This document shows positions 37,041-46,174 of a stretch of DNA of 64,000 nt, piece by piece. The stretch lies in assembly GCA_965242865.1 (NCBI GenBank), contig CBDETK010000013.1, forward strand, positions 3,360,001-3,424,000. Direction: 5' to 3'. Both the position numbers and the translations under genes were made by a program. This stretch comes from Candidatus Latescibacterota bacterium (lineage in GTDB: Bacteria; Latescibacterota; UBA2968; UBA8231). The notes beneath the pieces were generated by a model, which did not search any database, had not been told where the DNA came from, and worked only from the letters and a program-made list of their open reading frames with translations. Position 1 is the stretch's first letter; every line of letters begins with the position of its first letter.

Positions 37041-38723
37041 ATGCAAGTTTCCGCCCTTCAGGCCTCGGCCGATTTTGTCGCCCAAGTGCAGCGGGCCAAC
37101 GAGCGTCTAGCGGCCGAGCGCGTCTATGAGCGCATCCTCGCCCGCGATCACACGGTCTGGCGGCCCGACCCAACCGAGATTGCCAATCGGCTCGGATGGC
37201 TCGACAGCCCGCGCGTCATGCGGGACGCCATCGGCCCCATCGGCCAGTTCATCGACGCAGTCCGCGCCGAGGGCTATACCCACGCCCTGCTGCTGGGCAT
37301 GGGCGGCTCTAGCCTCGCGCCGGAAGTTTTCCGTGCGATTTTTGGCGTGGCCGATGGTTTTCTCGACCTCTCAGTGCTCGACAGCACCCAGCCGGCCGCG
37401 GTCTTGGCCAAGGCGCACGCCCTCGACCCAGCCCGCACCCTGTTTCTCCCGGCCACCAAGTCCGGCGGCACCGTAGAGACGCTGTCCTTGCTCAAGTACT
37501 TCTACAACCGCACGACCGACGCCCTCGGACCAGCCCAAGCCGGGCGGCACTTCGCCGCCATCACCGACCCGGGCAGCGGCCTCGAAGCCCTCGCGCACCG
37601 TCTCGGCTTTCGCCACGTCTTTTGCAACGATCCCGACATCGGCGGGCGCTACTCGGCCCTGTCGCACTATGGCTTGGTCGCGGCCGGAGCCATTGGCGCG
37701 GATCTAGGCCGCCTGCTCGACCGGGCCGAACGCGCCAGGGCCAATCCGCAACCGAGCATCCAACTCGGCTCCTTTCTCGGCGCAGGGGCCCTCGCCGGCC
37801 GCGACAAGCTCACCCTCATCGCTTCGCCCGCCGCCCGCCCGCTGGGCGTTTGGATTGAGCAGCTCATCGCCGAGAGCACCGGCAAAGACGGCAAGGGCCT
37901 GCTGCCGGTCGATCTGGAGCCTGAATGTCCAGCCCACGCCTACGGGGCCGACCGGCTCTTCGTCCATCTGCGGTTGGACGCTGGGGCCGATGCCCGCGCC
38001 CAAGCCATAGCCGCGGCCGGGCATCCCCTCTTGTGCCTCCAGCTAGCGGACGCCTACGATCTCGGCGCGGCCTTTTTTTACTGGGAAATGGCCGCGGCCA
38101 TCGCCGGGTTTTTCCTCGGCATCCATCCCTTTGACCAGCCCGATGTCGAGGCGGCCAAGGAACAGGCCCGTCGGATGGTCGCGGCCTATCAGCTACGCGG
38201 CGCGCTGCCCGCACCCGCGCCCGATCTCGTTGATGGCCTCGCGCTATACGGCCCGGTGCAGGGCACCACCCTGCCCGAGGCTTTGACGCACTTTCTGGCG
38301 TACGGCGAGTACATTGCCCTGCAAGCGCATCTCCCGCCGACCCCAGAGACCACCGCCGCCCTCCAAGACGTGCGCCGCCAGCTCCTCGCACGCACCGGCT
38401 TGGCCACCACTCTCGGCTTTGGCCCGCGCTATTTGCACTCGACCGGCCAACTACACAAGGGCGACGCCGGGCGCGGGCTTTTTATCCAGCTAACGGCCGA
38501 CTCGGTCGCGGACGCGCCGATTCCCGACGAAGCGGGGGCCGCGGCCTCTAGCATCACCTTCGGCGTCCTCGCCCAAGCCCAAGCCCTCGGCGACCGCCAA
38601 GCCCTCCTCGACCGAGGGCGGGCCGTGCTCCGCATCCATCTAGGCGCGGACATCGCGGCGGGCATTGCCCAACTGCGCCGCGCCTTACACCCGAACCACG
38701 ACCTCACCGGAGGAGCTCAATGA
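37041..38723 (+). CDS. pgi: Glucose-6-phosphate isomerase (Tal/Pgi C-terminal type)
   Basis: LGMGGSSL, TKSGGT, IGGRYSALS, EQLIAESTGK, FDQPDVE, HSTGQLHKG. Confidence 0.85.
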   Translation: MQVSALQASADFVAQVQRANERLAAERVYERILARDHTVWRPDPTEIANRLGWLDSPRVMRDAIGPIGQFIDAVRAEGYTHALLLGMGGSSLAPEVFRAIFGVADGFLDLSVLDSTQPAAVLAKAHALDPARTLFLPATKSGGTVETLSLLKYFYNRTTDALGPAQAGRHFAAITDPGSGLEALAHRLGFRHVFCNDPDIGGRYSALSHYGLVAAGAIGADLGRLLDRAERARANPQPSIQLGSFLGAGALAGRDKLTLIASPAARPLGVWIEQLIAESTGKDGKGLLPVDLEPECPAHAYGADRLFVHLRLDAGADARAQAIAAAGHPLLCLQLADAYDLGAAFFYWEMAAAIAGFFLGIHPFDQPDVEAAKEQARRMVAAYQLRGALPAPAPDLVDGLALYGPVQGTTLPEALTHFLAYGEYIALQAHLPPTPETTAALQDVRRQLLARTGLATTLGFGPRYLHSTGQLHKGDAGRGLFIQLTADSVADAPIPDEAGAAASSITFGVLAQAQALGDRQALLDRGRAVLRIHLGADIAAGIAQLRRALHPNHDLTGGAQ

Positions 38724-40174
38724 GCCAAGCAGACATCGGCCTAATCGGCCTCGCCGTGATGGGCGAAAACCTCGTCCTCAACATGGCGAGTCGCGGTTTT
38801 ACCGTGGCGGTGTACAACCGCACCACCGCCAAAGTAGATGCCTTTATGGCCGGCCGCGCCCGCGGTAAATCCATCATCGGCACCCACTCGCCAGCCGAAC
38901 TGCTCGCCCAGCTCAAAAAGCCGCGCCGCGTGATGCTGATGGTTCAAGCCGGCCAAGCGGTTGACCGCGTCATCGCCGAACTCGCGCCCCTGCTCAACCG
39001 CGGCGACATCCTCATCGACGGGGGCAACTCCAACTACCAAGACACGGCCCGCCGCACCCAAGCACTGGCGGCCAAGGGCTTGCTCTACGTGGGCACGGGC
39101 GTCTCCGGGGGCGAGGAGGGCGCGCTCAAAGGCCCGAGCATCATGCCCGGGGGCAACCCGGCCGCTTGGCCCCACCTCAAAGACCTGTTCCAAGCCATTG
39201 CCGCCAAAGTCGCCGATGGCAGCCCGTGTTGCGATTGGGTGGGGCTCGACGGCGCCGGTCACTACGTGAAAATGGTCCACAACGGCATCGAGTACGGCGA
39301 CATGCAGATGATCGCCGAAGCCTACGCCTTGATGCGCGAGGCCCTCGGCATTGAGCCGCAGGCACAGAGCGAAATTTTCAAGCGGTGGAACGAGGGCGAG
39401 CTCGACAGTTACCTCATTGAGATCACCGGCGACATCCTCGCCAAGACCGACGACGAGACCGGCCAGCCGATGATCGATGTAATCCTCGACGCGGCTGGCC
39501 AAAAGGGCACTGGTAAGTGGACCGGCATCGACGCCCTACAATTAGGTGCGCCCGTGACTGCCATTACCGAGGCTGTCTTTAGCCGCGCCCTATCCTTCCT
39601 CAAGGACGAGCGCGTAGCGGCCGCCGAGGTCCTCCGCGGCCCCGACGCTTCGTTTGCCGGCGACAAAGACGCTTTTGTCGAAGACATTCGCCGCGCCCTG
39701 TACGCGGCCAAAATTTGCTCCTATGCCCAAGGCTATCAGTTGCTCGCCCTCGCCGCCCGCGAATACGGCTGGGCGCTCAACTACGGAGGCATTGCCTTGC
39801 TGTGGCGCGGCGGCTGCATTATTCGCGCCCAGTTTTTGGGCCGCATCAAGGAAGCCTTTGACGCGGATCCAACGCTGGCCAATCTGCTACTCGCGCCGTA
39901 CTTCCGCGAAGCACTCGCGCACACCCAAGCGTCTTGGCGCAGAGTCGTGGCTACGGCCGCAACCCTCGGCATCCCCGTGCCGACCTTTTCTAGCGCCCTC
40001 GCGTACTACGATGGCTACCGTTCCGCTCGCTTACCTGCCAACCTGCTCCAAGCCCAGCGCGACTACTTTGGTGCCCATACCTATGAGCGCACTGACAAGC
40101 CGCGCGGCGCGTTCTTCCACACCAACTGGACCGGACGCGGCGGAACGACGGCATCCACGGCGTATAACGCCTAG
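38720..40174 (+). CDS. gnd: NADP-dependent 6-phosphogluconate dehydrogenase
   Basis: GLAVMG, VSGGEEGA, KMVHNGIEY, QKGTGKW, QAQRDYFGAH. Confidence 0.97.
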   Translation: MSQADIGLIGLAVMGENLVLNMASRGFTVAVYNRTTAKVDAFMAGRARGKSIIGTHSPAELLAQLKKPRRVMLMVQAGQAVDRVIAELAPLLNRGDILIDGGNSNYQDTARRTQALAAKGLLYVGTGVSGGEEGALKGPSIMPGGNPAAWPHLKDLFQAIAAKVADGSPCCDWVGLDGAGHYVKMVHNGIEYGDMQMIAEAYALMREALGIEPQAQSEIFKRWNEGELDSYLIEITGDILAKTDDETGQPMIDVILDAAGQKGTGKWTGIDALQLGAPVTAITEAVFSRALSFLKDERVAAAEVLRGPDASFAGDKDAFVEDIRRALYAAKICSYAQGYQLLALAAREYGWALNYGGIALLWRGGCIIRAQFLGRIKEAFDADPTLANLLLAPYFREALAHTQASWRRVVATAATLGIPVPTFSSALAYYDGYRSARLPANLLQAQRDYFGAHTYERTDKPRGAFFHTNWTGRGGTTASTAYNA

Positions 40175-40304
40175 CGTACAAGCACTTGGAATGTATCGCA
40201 CTCAGCGGCGTTTTTGTGTGCTAGTGCCGATGCGATTTTCTACCTGTTGCACCGTTTTGCGCTGCATAGCAATAGGGCGAAACGCGCCTTTCCATTCCAA
40301 AAAA

Positions 40305-40427
40305 GGACAGGCACGGAGGTCTGTTCGAGGACAGGCACGGAGGTCTGTTCGAGGACAGGCACGGAGGTCTGTTCGAGGACAGGCACGGAGGTCTGTTCGA
40401 GGACAGGCACGGGGGCCTGTCCTCTAC
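40305..40427 (-). repeat. Tandem REP array: 4 x 24 bp plus one perfect GTAG-led hairpin
   Basis: ggacaggcacggaggtctgttcga four times, then ggacaggcacgggggcctgtcctctac; 40401-40422 is identical to 25147-25168 inside RAYT. Confidence 0.9.
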
Positions 40428-40532
40428 GGTTATGACGATTACGACGATTGCCCACGTAAATACGATTATGACGATTACGACGATTGCCCACGTAAATACG
40501 ATTATGACGATTATGACGATTGCCCACGTAAA
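40425..40532. repeat. 3 x 36-bp tandem repeat abutting the REP array
   Basis: tacgattatgacgattacgacgattgcccacgtaaa three times with single-base variants. Confidence 0.9.
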
Positions 40533-40777
40533 CGGGAATCCGGTTTGCTATACGACATGCCAAACCAACGCGCCTTTTGTGCGGTCAGTCGGCGTAAATG
40601 TCGTTGAGACCCTATCAGCGGGGGGGCTGGCATTTTTTAACCGGCACGGGCCGCTGGATCGGTTGGGCGCGGCGAATTTGTCGCTAGCGTTTTATCGCGC
40701 ATTTGCTAAATACTCGATCTTTTTTTTAATTTGAAAACATTCGCACCTACACTTACTTAAAGGCGAAAGGATATTTC

Positions 40778-41236
40778 ATGCCTAACCTCGCAACCCTTCT
40801 GAAAGAAGAGATCAGCAAACTCGCTCGCAAAGAAGTGCAAGACCAGTTGCGCGCGGTTGAGAAAACCATCAAAGGGCAGGACGCTCGCATTGCCCGCTTG
40901 GAAAAACAAGACGACCAGCCCAAGGCCAAAACCAAGGCCAAGGCCAAAGCCGACAAGCCCGCCAAGAAAGCCGCGGTAGCTGCGGACGCGCCCAAGCAGA
41001 AGTCCAAAACCCGGTTTTCCCCGGCTGCGCTCAAGAACAACCGCAAGCGCCTCAGCCTCTCGCAAGCCGATGTTGGCGTGTTGCTCGGCACCAGCACCAA
41101 CACCGTTTTGCGTTGGGAAGCGGGCTCGTCCAAGCCGCGGGGTGCCAATCTTCCCAAAATTGCCGAACTCAGCAAGTTGGGCAAAAAGGAAGCCAAGCAG
41201 CGGCTAGAGCAACTCAAGGCACAAGCCGACGAATAG
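40778..41236 (+). CDS. XRE-family helix-turn-helix protein with Lys/Ala-rich linker
   Basis: MPNLATLLKEEISKLARKE N-terminus; LSQADVGVLLGTSTNTVLRWEAG HTH. Confidence 0.85.
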   Translation: MPNLATLLKEEISKLARKEVQDQLRAVEKTIKGQDARIARLEKQDDQPKAKTKAKAKADKPAKKAAVAADAPKQKSKTRFSPAALKNNRKRLSLSQADVGVLLGTSTNTVLRWEAGSSKPRGANLPKIAELSKLGKKEAKQRLEQLKAQADE

Positions 41237-41259
41237 CCGCGTCCACAATTGGGCGGTAC

Positions 41260-41310
41260 AATAAAACCCTGGTCGAGCGACATTTGTCGTGCCGACTAGG
41301 GTTTTATTTT
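41260..41310. terminator. Probable bidirectional intrinsic terminator
   Basis: aataaaaccctggtcg...cgactagggttttatt inverted repeat between convergent genes. Confidence 0.7.
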
Positions 41311-41334
41311 GCCTCAATCGCAATTCCCACCAAT

Positions 41335-42156
41335 TCACGTCCAGCGTTCCACATAGCCTTCCATCTGCCGCTGCAATGCCGAGTTGTCGCGCTTCGCGGC
41401 GCCGCGCCAGACGATCCGCGCCTTGTGCAATAGCATGGCCCGTGCGGCCGCGGCGCGGGCCGGTGCGAGTTGCGGGGTCTCGCGCAGCAGCTTGTCGAGC
41501 GCATATACTCGAAAGCGATCCATTGCGTGGTGAGCCTGCGATAGTTGGTCGGCGTGGCCGCCGTATTTGCGAATGAGTTTTTCGGCCAAATAGGCCACCT
41601 CATAGCGACAGGCAATCCGCAGCCACAGCTCGTAGTCCTCACAGGCGGGCAGGCTTTCGTCGAACCCACCAACGTCCGCAAAAACCCGGCGGTGAATCGC
41701 AATCGACGATGGCGACATAACACACAAGGGCAAGGCGTGCAAGAAAATGTCGCCGCCGTATTTCTGGTGGTGTTTGTGGGGATTGACCCGTACGCCATTG
41801 CGGATCCAAATCTCATCGGTGTGGCAGACCCACAGGCCGCTTGTGTGCAGGGCGGCGGCTTGTCGCACGAGTTTGTTGGGCAACCACTCGTCGTCCGAAT
41901 CGAGCAGGGCGATCCACTCGCCGGCGGCCTCGGCGATCCCGCGATTGCGCGCCGCAGAAACCCCGCTGTTTTCTCGTTGGATCACCATTTTGACGGCACT
42001 GCCAAATTCCTCGCGCACCTGCTCGGGCGTACCGTCGTCGGAAGCGTCATCGACCACGATCACCTCAAAGTCTGCCGCCTGCTGCGCCAGTGCCGAACGG
42101 ATCGCCCGGCCAACCAACGCCCGGCGATTGTACACCGGAATGACAATTGAGAACAC
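41335..42156 (-). CDS. Glycosyltransferase family 2
   Basis: SIVIPVYN, VVDDASDD, SAARNRG, LDSDD, CEDYELW. Confidence 0.93.
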   Translation of the reverse strand: MFSIVIPVYNRRALVGRAIRSALAQQAADFEVIVVDDASDDGTPEQVREEFGSAVKMVIQRENSGVSAARNRGIAEAAGEWIALLDSDDEWLPNKLVRQAAALHTSGLWVCHTDEIWIRNGVRVNPHKHHQKYGGDIFLHALPLCVMSPSSIAIHRRVFADVGGFDESLPACEDYELWLRIACRYEVAYLAEKLIRKYGGHADQLSQAHHAMDRFRVYALDKLLRETPQLAPARAAAARAMLLHKARIVWRGAAKRDNSALQRQMEGYVERWT

Positions 42157-42163
42157 GGCCGGC

Positions 42164-44284
42164 TCAGTTGTTGCGGGCGAGCGCCGCGGCCGCGTCTAAT
42201 TTTTCGACGACCATCGCTGGCGTAATGATCTCGGGCAACACCAGCGGCTGCTCGATAAGACCGGCGGGAAAGATCACGTACAGGGGTACGCCCGAGCGCC
42301 CAAAGGCGCGCAAAAGCTGGGTGATCTCGGGGTTGCGATGGGTCCAATCGGCTTGGACTAAGGCCACATTGAGCGCGGCAAACCGCTCGCGCACCACAGG
42401 CTGCGCCAACACCGCTTGCTCGTTGACTTTGCACGTCCAGCACCACTCGGCCGTAAAGTCGATAAAGACCATCTGCCCGCTGGCGACCAACTCCTCGACG
42501 CGGGCCGCGCTAAACGGCTGCCAGTCTAGCGCGGACGAGGTAGTCTGCTCGACGGTTAGCAACGGATGGACAAAGAGCGCGTAGCTGCCCACCACCAGCC
42601 CTAGTGCCGCCACTCGGGCCACCCTTTTGGAGCGAGTGGGATGTTGGAAGCTGCCCCACTGACCCCAGACCCAGCAGGCCAGCCCCAACCCCAGCAAAAA
42701 GGCCCCGGTCCACACCACGCCTTCGACCCCGGTCTGCTTGCCTAAGACCCAGAGTAGCCACAGCACCGTGGCCATCAGCAAAAAGCCCATGAGCTGCTTG
42801 AATCGCATCAGCCACGGGCCGGGCTTGGGTAAGCATCCGATCCAAGCGGGCTCAATCGCCAGCACCCCGTACGGCAGGGCCATGCCCACGCCAATCGCCA
42901 AAAAGACCGCGACGACCACCGCGGCCGGTTGGGCAAAGGCAAATCCAAGCGCGGTCCCCAAAAAGGGCGCGGTGCAGGGCGTGGCCAGAATGGTCGCCAA
43001 CGCGCCGTTGAGAAAGGAGCCGGTCAATCCTTCGCGCCCCCCGATCCCCCCCAAGCGACTCGTCCCCGGCAGCAGGATTTCATAGACGCCGAAAAGGCTT
43101 AGGGCCAACGCAAAGACCAAGGCACTCATCGCCACCACAAAACCCGGATACTGGAACTGAAATCCCCAGCCGATCTGCTCGCCGCTGCTTTTGAGCAAGA
43201 GCACGGCTAGCGCCAGCGCCAAAAAAGTGGCCACAATACCGGCGCAAAACGCCCATCCTAGGCGCCGCACCCGCTGGGTTTCTTCGCCGGCTTGATTGAC
43301 AAACCCGAGCACCTTGAGCGAGATGACCGGCAACACGCAGGGCATCAAGTTGAGGATCAACCCCCCCAACGCCGCAAAGGCGATGTAGAACCCCAGCGAC
43401 CGACCGACCGGTCCGCTCGCCGTGCGGTAATCCCGCTGCAAAATCCCCCGGCCTAGGCGCGGCGCGGCGCGCAAATTTAGCGTCAACGTCCCGGCTTGTA
43501 CCGCGCCGTCAAGCCTATAGACGAGTACGCCGCGCAGCGTATCGACTTCGGCCTCGCCGTACGGCTGGATCGCAAGTACGAGGTGATCGGCGGCTAGACG
43601 CCGGGTGGAGAACGCAAAATCGTCGGCCGCCAGCGGATAGAAGTCCGGGGCTTGCTCGCCCTGCTCAAAAGACTGGCCCTCCGCAGCAAGACGCACGTCA
43701 ACCTCCACTGCCTGCTCTCCGCGGGCGCGGACGCCAATATCGACCGCAACGCGCCCGACGCCCTCGCCCGGCACCTGCGCGGCATAGCGGTCAAATTGCG
43801 CCTGCTGGGTACTCGGCGCGCTCGCCGCGGCGACCGGCAGGGCCAACGCCAACGTTGCCTCCCCCGGAATGCACAACTCGCGGCACACCAGCCAAGAGAC
43901 CTCGGCCGCGAGGCGCAGCGTATCCCCGGCTGCCAACGCGCTGGACGCCGCCTCGGCCATGAGCAGGACTTCGTCGGCATACCCATAGACGACCAGCCCC
44001 CCTTCTTCCTCGAACTTGCGCGGCAAGGGCCATTGCAGCGGCCTGACCTCAACCCCGGTTGGGAGCTGCCACTCGACAGCGGTTGGCAAGCCAGCGTCGC
44101 CGCTAACCATCCAATAGGTGTGCCAGCCCGCCGCCATCGTCAGCTCGACCCCCAGCCGAAAGGGCTGGCCGGGCACGGCGGCCTCTACGTCGGCCAACAG
44201 ACGAGCCTGCACTGGGTGATCGCTGGCGTTGAGCCGCCCGCAGAGGAAGGGGACTACGGTGAGAATCAGGAGGAGAGGGTACAT
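42164..44284 (-). CDS. dsbD: Thiol:disulfide interchange protein DsbD-like
   Basis: GWHTYW N-domain with CRELC, LMPCVLPV, ATPCTAP, FTAEWCWTC thioredoxin motif. Confidence 0.9.
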   Translation of the reverse strand: MYPLLLILTVVPFLCGRLNASDHPVQARLLADVEAAVPGQPFRLGVELTMAAGWHTYWMVSGDAGLPTAVEWQLPTGVEVRPLQWPLPRKFEEEGGLVVYGYADEVLLMAEAASSALAAGDTLRLAAEVSWLVCRELCIPGEATLALALPVAAASAPSTQQAQFDRYAAQVPGEGVGRVAVDIGVRARGEQAVEVDVRLAAEGQSFEQGEQAPDFYPLAADDFAFSTRRLAADHLVLAIQPYGEAEVDTLRGVLVYRLDGAVQAGTLTLNLRAAPRLGRGILQRDYRTASGPVGRSLGFYIAFAALGGLILNLMPCVLPVISLKVLGFVNQAGEETQRVRRLGWAFCAGIVATFLALALAVLLLKSSGEQIGWGFQFQYPGFVVAMSALVFALALSLFGVYEILLPGTSRLGGIGGREGLTGSFLNGALATILATPCTAPFLGTALGFAFAQPAAVVVAVFLAIGVGMALPYGVLAIEPAWIGCLPKPGPWLMRFKQLMGFLLMATVLWLLWVLGKQTGVEGVVWTGAFLLGLGLACWVWGQWGSFQHPTRSKRVARVAALGLVVGSYALFVHPLLTVEQTTSSALDWQPFSAARVEELVASGQMVFIDFTAEWCWTCKVNEQAVLAQPVVRERFAALNVALVQADWTHRNPEITQLLRAFGRSGVPLYVIFPAGLIEQPLVLPEIITPAMVVEKLDAAAALARNN

Positions 44285-44297
44285 GAGCCGCCGGAAG

Positions 44298-44903
44298 TCA
44301 GCTTCTCAGCACCGCTTGGTGGATTTGCTCAATGTCGATTAAGCGGCAGCCGAGGCGGGCGGCAAAGTCCACGAGCTGCTGGCCCTTGGCCATGGTGCCA
44401 TCGGGGGCCATCACCTCGGACATCACCGCGGCCGGAAAGAGCTGGGCTTGGCGGGCCAATTCCACCGCGCCTTCGGTGTGCCCTTGGCGGCGGACCAACC
44501 CCTCGGGGCGGGCGGCCAAGGGAAACACGTGCCCGGGAATGACGATGTCGGCCGGGCCGGTCGCCGGGTCGAGGGCCCGCTGAATGGATGTGGCGCGATC
44601 GGCCGCTGAGACGCCGGTTTCAATGCCCTCTAGCGCGTCAAAGGGCAGCCCAAAGCGCGGCGTCGTCCAGTCGGCATTGTGCGGCTCAATCAGGCCGACG
44701 CCGAGCCGCGCCAGATGCTCCTCGGTCGTGGCCAGATGGAGCATGCCCCGCGCCTCTTTGAGCATTTGATTGATCGCCGCGCCCGAAACGTATTCGGCCG
44801 CCACGATCAGATCGCCTTCGTCTTCCCGGTCGTGTGCATCCACTAAGACCAAGAATTTGCCGGCGCGGAAGTCCGCGACCGCGTCGTCGAGTCGGCAGAA
44901 CAT
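44298..44903 (-). CDS. Divergent 3,4-dihydroxy-2-butanone-4-phosphate synthase (RibB-like)
   Basis: DREDEGDL, TGVSAADRA, PGHVFPL, GHTE; several usually conserved positions differ. Confidence 0.8.
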   Translation of the reverse strand: MFCRLDDAVADFRAGKFLVLVDAHDREDEGDLIVAAEYVSGAAINQMLKEARGMLHLATTEEHLARLGVGLIEPHNADWTTPRFGLPFDALEGIETGVSAADRATSIQRALDPATGPADIVIPGHVFPLAARPEGLVRRQGHTEGAVELARQAQLFPAAVMSEVMAPDGTMAKGQQLVDFAARLGCRLIDIEQIHQAVLRS

Positions 44904-46024
44904 TATGGCACCCGGTGCGCCATGAGCACCGCTTCGTCGAGCTCAATCCCCAAGCCGGGCGCGTCCGGCACCTGAATGTGACCGTCGCGGATGGTTTCTG
45001 CCGGGCGGATCAATTCGCCGCGCCAATCCACCTCGCCAAACGCATATTCGAGCACCGTGAAGTTGGCGATCGTGGCCGCTAGATGCACCCCGGCCATCGT
45101 CGAGACGGGACCGGCTGGGCTGTGGGGCGCGATCGGCAGCTGCGCGACCTCGGCCAGCGCGGCAATGCGGCGGCATTCGGTAATGCCCCCGGCGTGTTTG
45201 ACATCCGGCATCAGCACATCCACGGCTCCTTGGGCGATGTACGGCCAAAAGCCCTCGCGCCCTACGAGGGACTCGCCGCCGGCAATGGTGTGGCCCGAGT
45301 GCAACCGCAACTGGCGCAGGGCATCGACCTGATCGCGCGGCACTGGCTCCTCAAACCAGTACAGATTGAGCGGGCGCACCGTTTCGGCCACCTTAAACGC
45401 CAAGGCCAAGTCAAAGCGCTGATGGCAATCCACCAACAGCTCAATTTCGTCGCCAATGGCCTCCCGCGTTGCCGTGAGCCGCGCGATCCCTTGGCTTACG
45501 GCGCGCTCGACCCCAGCGCGGTCCAGCCGCCGCCAATGCACCTCGTCAAAGGGCGTGCTCTTGACCGCGCTGAAGCCGGCGTCAACCGCTCGGCGCGCTG
45601 CATCGGCAAACCCCTGTGGGCTGCGGTCGCGGGTGCCGCGATTGAGATTGGCGTACAATCGCACGGCGTCGCGCCGCTTGCCGCCGAGCAGACGCCAAGC
45701 CGGCACCCCAAGTGCCTTGCCGGCCAAATCCCACAGCGCTTGGTCGATCGCGCTCCGCGCCGTGGCCCCCACCCGGCCGGTGTCGCCCGAGAAAATCGCG
45801 CCCCCACGCGCCAGCCGTTCCCACAACGCCTCTACTAAGGTCGGGTCCGCGCCCGCTAACCTCGGTCCCAACTGCTCTAGCGCGGCCACGACCAAGCCAT
45901 CATTGCCGCTCTGGCTCGCTTCGCCCAACCCGCTCAGCCCGGCGTCGGTATGCACTTGGACGAAGAGCCAATTGCCGCGCGGCGACGCCGCCACTGAATG
46001 GAGTTCCAAATGAGTAATTTTCAT
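44903..46024 (-). CDS. Galactonate dehydratase-like enolase superfamily protein
   Basis: WLFVQVHTDAGLSGLGE, ALWDLAGK, VDCH, WFEEP, PHSP. Confidence 0.88.
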   Translation of the reverse strand: MKITHLELHSVAASPRGNWLFVQVHTDAGLSGLGEASQSGNDGLVVAALEQLGPRLAGADPTLVEALWERLARGGAIFSGDTGRVGATARSAIDQALWDLAGKALGVPAWRLLGGKRRDAVRLYANLNRGTRDRSPQGFADAARRAVDAGFSAVKSTPFDEVHWRRLDRAGVERAVSQGIARLTATREAIGDEIELLVDCHQRFDLALAFKVAETVRPLNLYWFEEPVPRDQVDALRQLRLHSGHTIAGGESLVGREGFWPYIAQGAVDVLMPDVKHAGGITECRRIAALAEVAQLPIAPHSPAGPVSTMAGVHLAATIANFTVLEYAFGEVDWRGELIRPAETIRDGHIQVPDAPGLGIELDEAVLMAHRVP

Positions 46025-46174
46025 AGCCTCTCCTGCGTAAACCTGCGCTCTTGAAAAACATAAAGAACAGATGGCCTAGCCGCTACGAGCCAAGGGGTTC
46101 GCACGGTTCAACAGAGTCGTTATGTTCTCTATGTTCTCTGCTAGTCTGCGCCTTCTTGCCCCGGAGGTACGAGC

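Noticed and set aside
40305-40532. CRISPR array
   Set aside because: Repeats are contiguous with no unique spacers and no cas genes are present; the hairpin matches the RAYT-associated REP.
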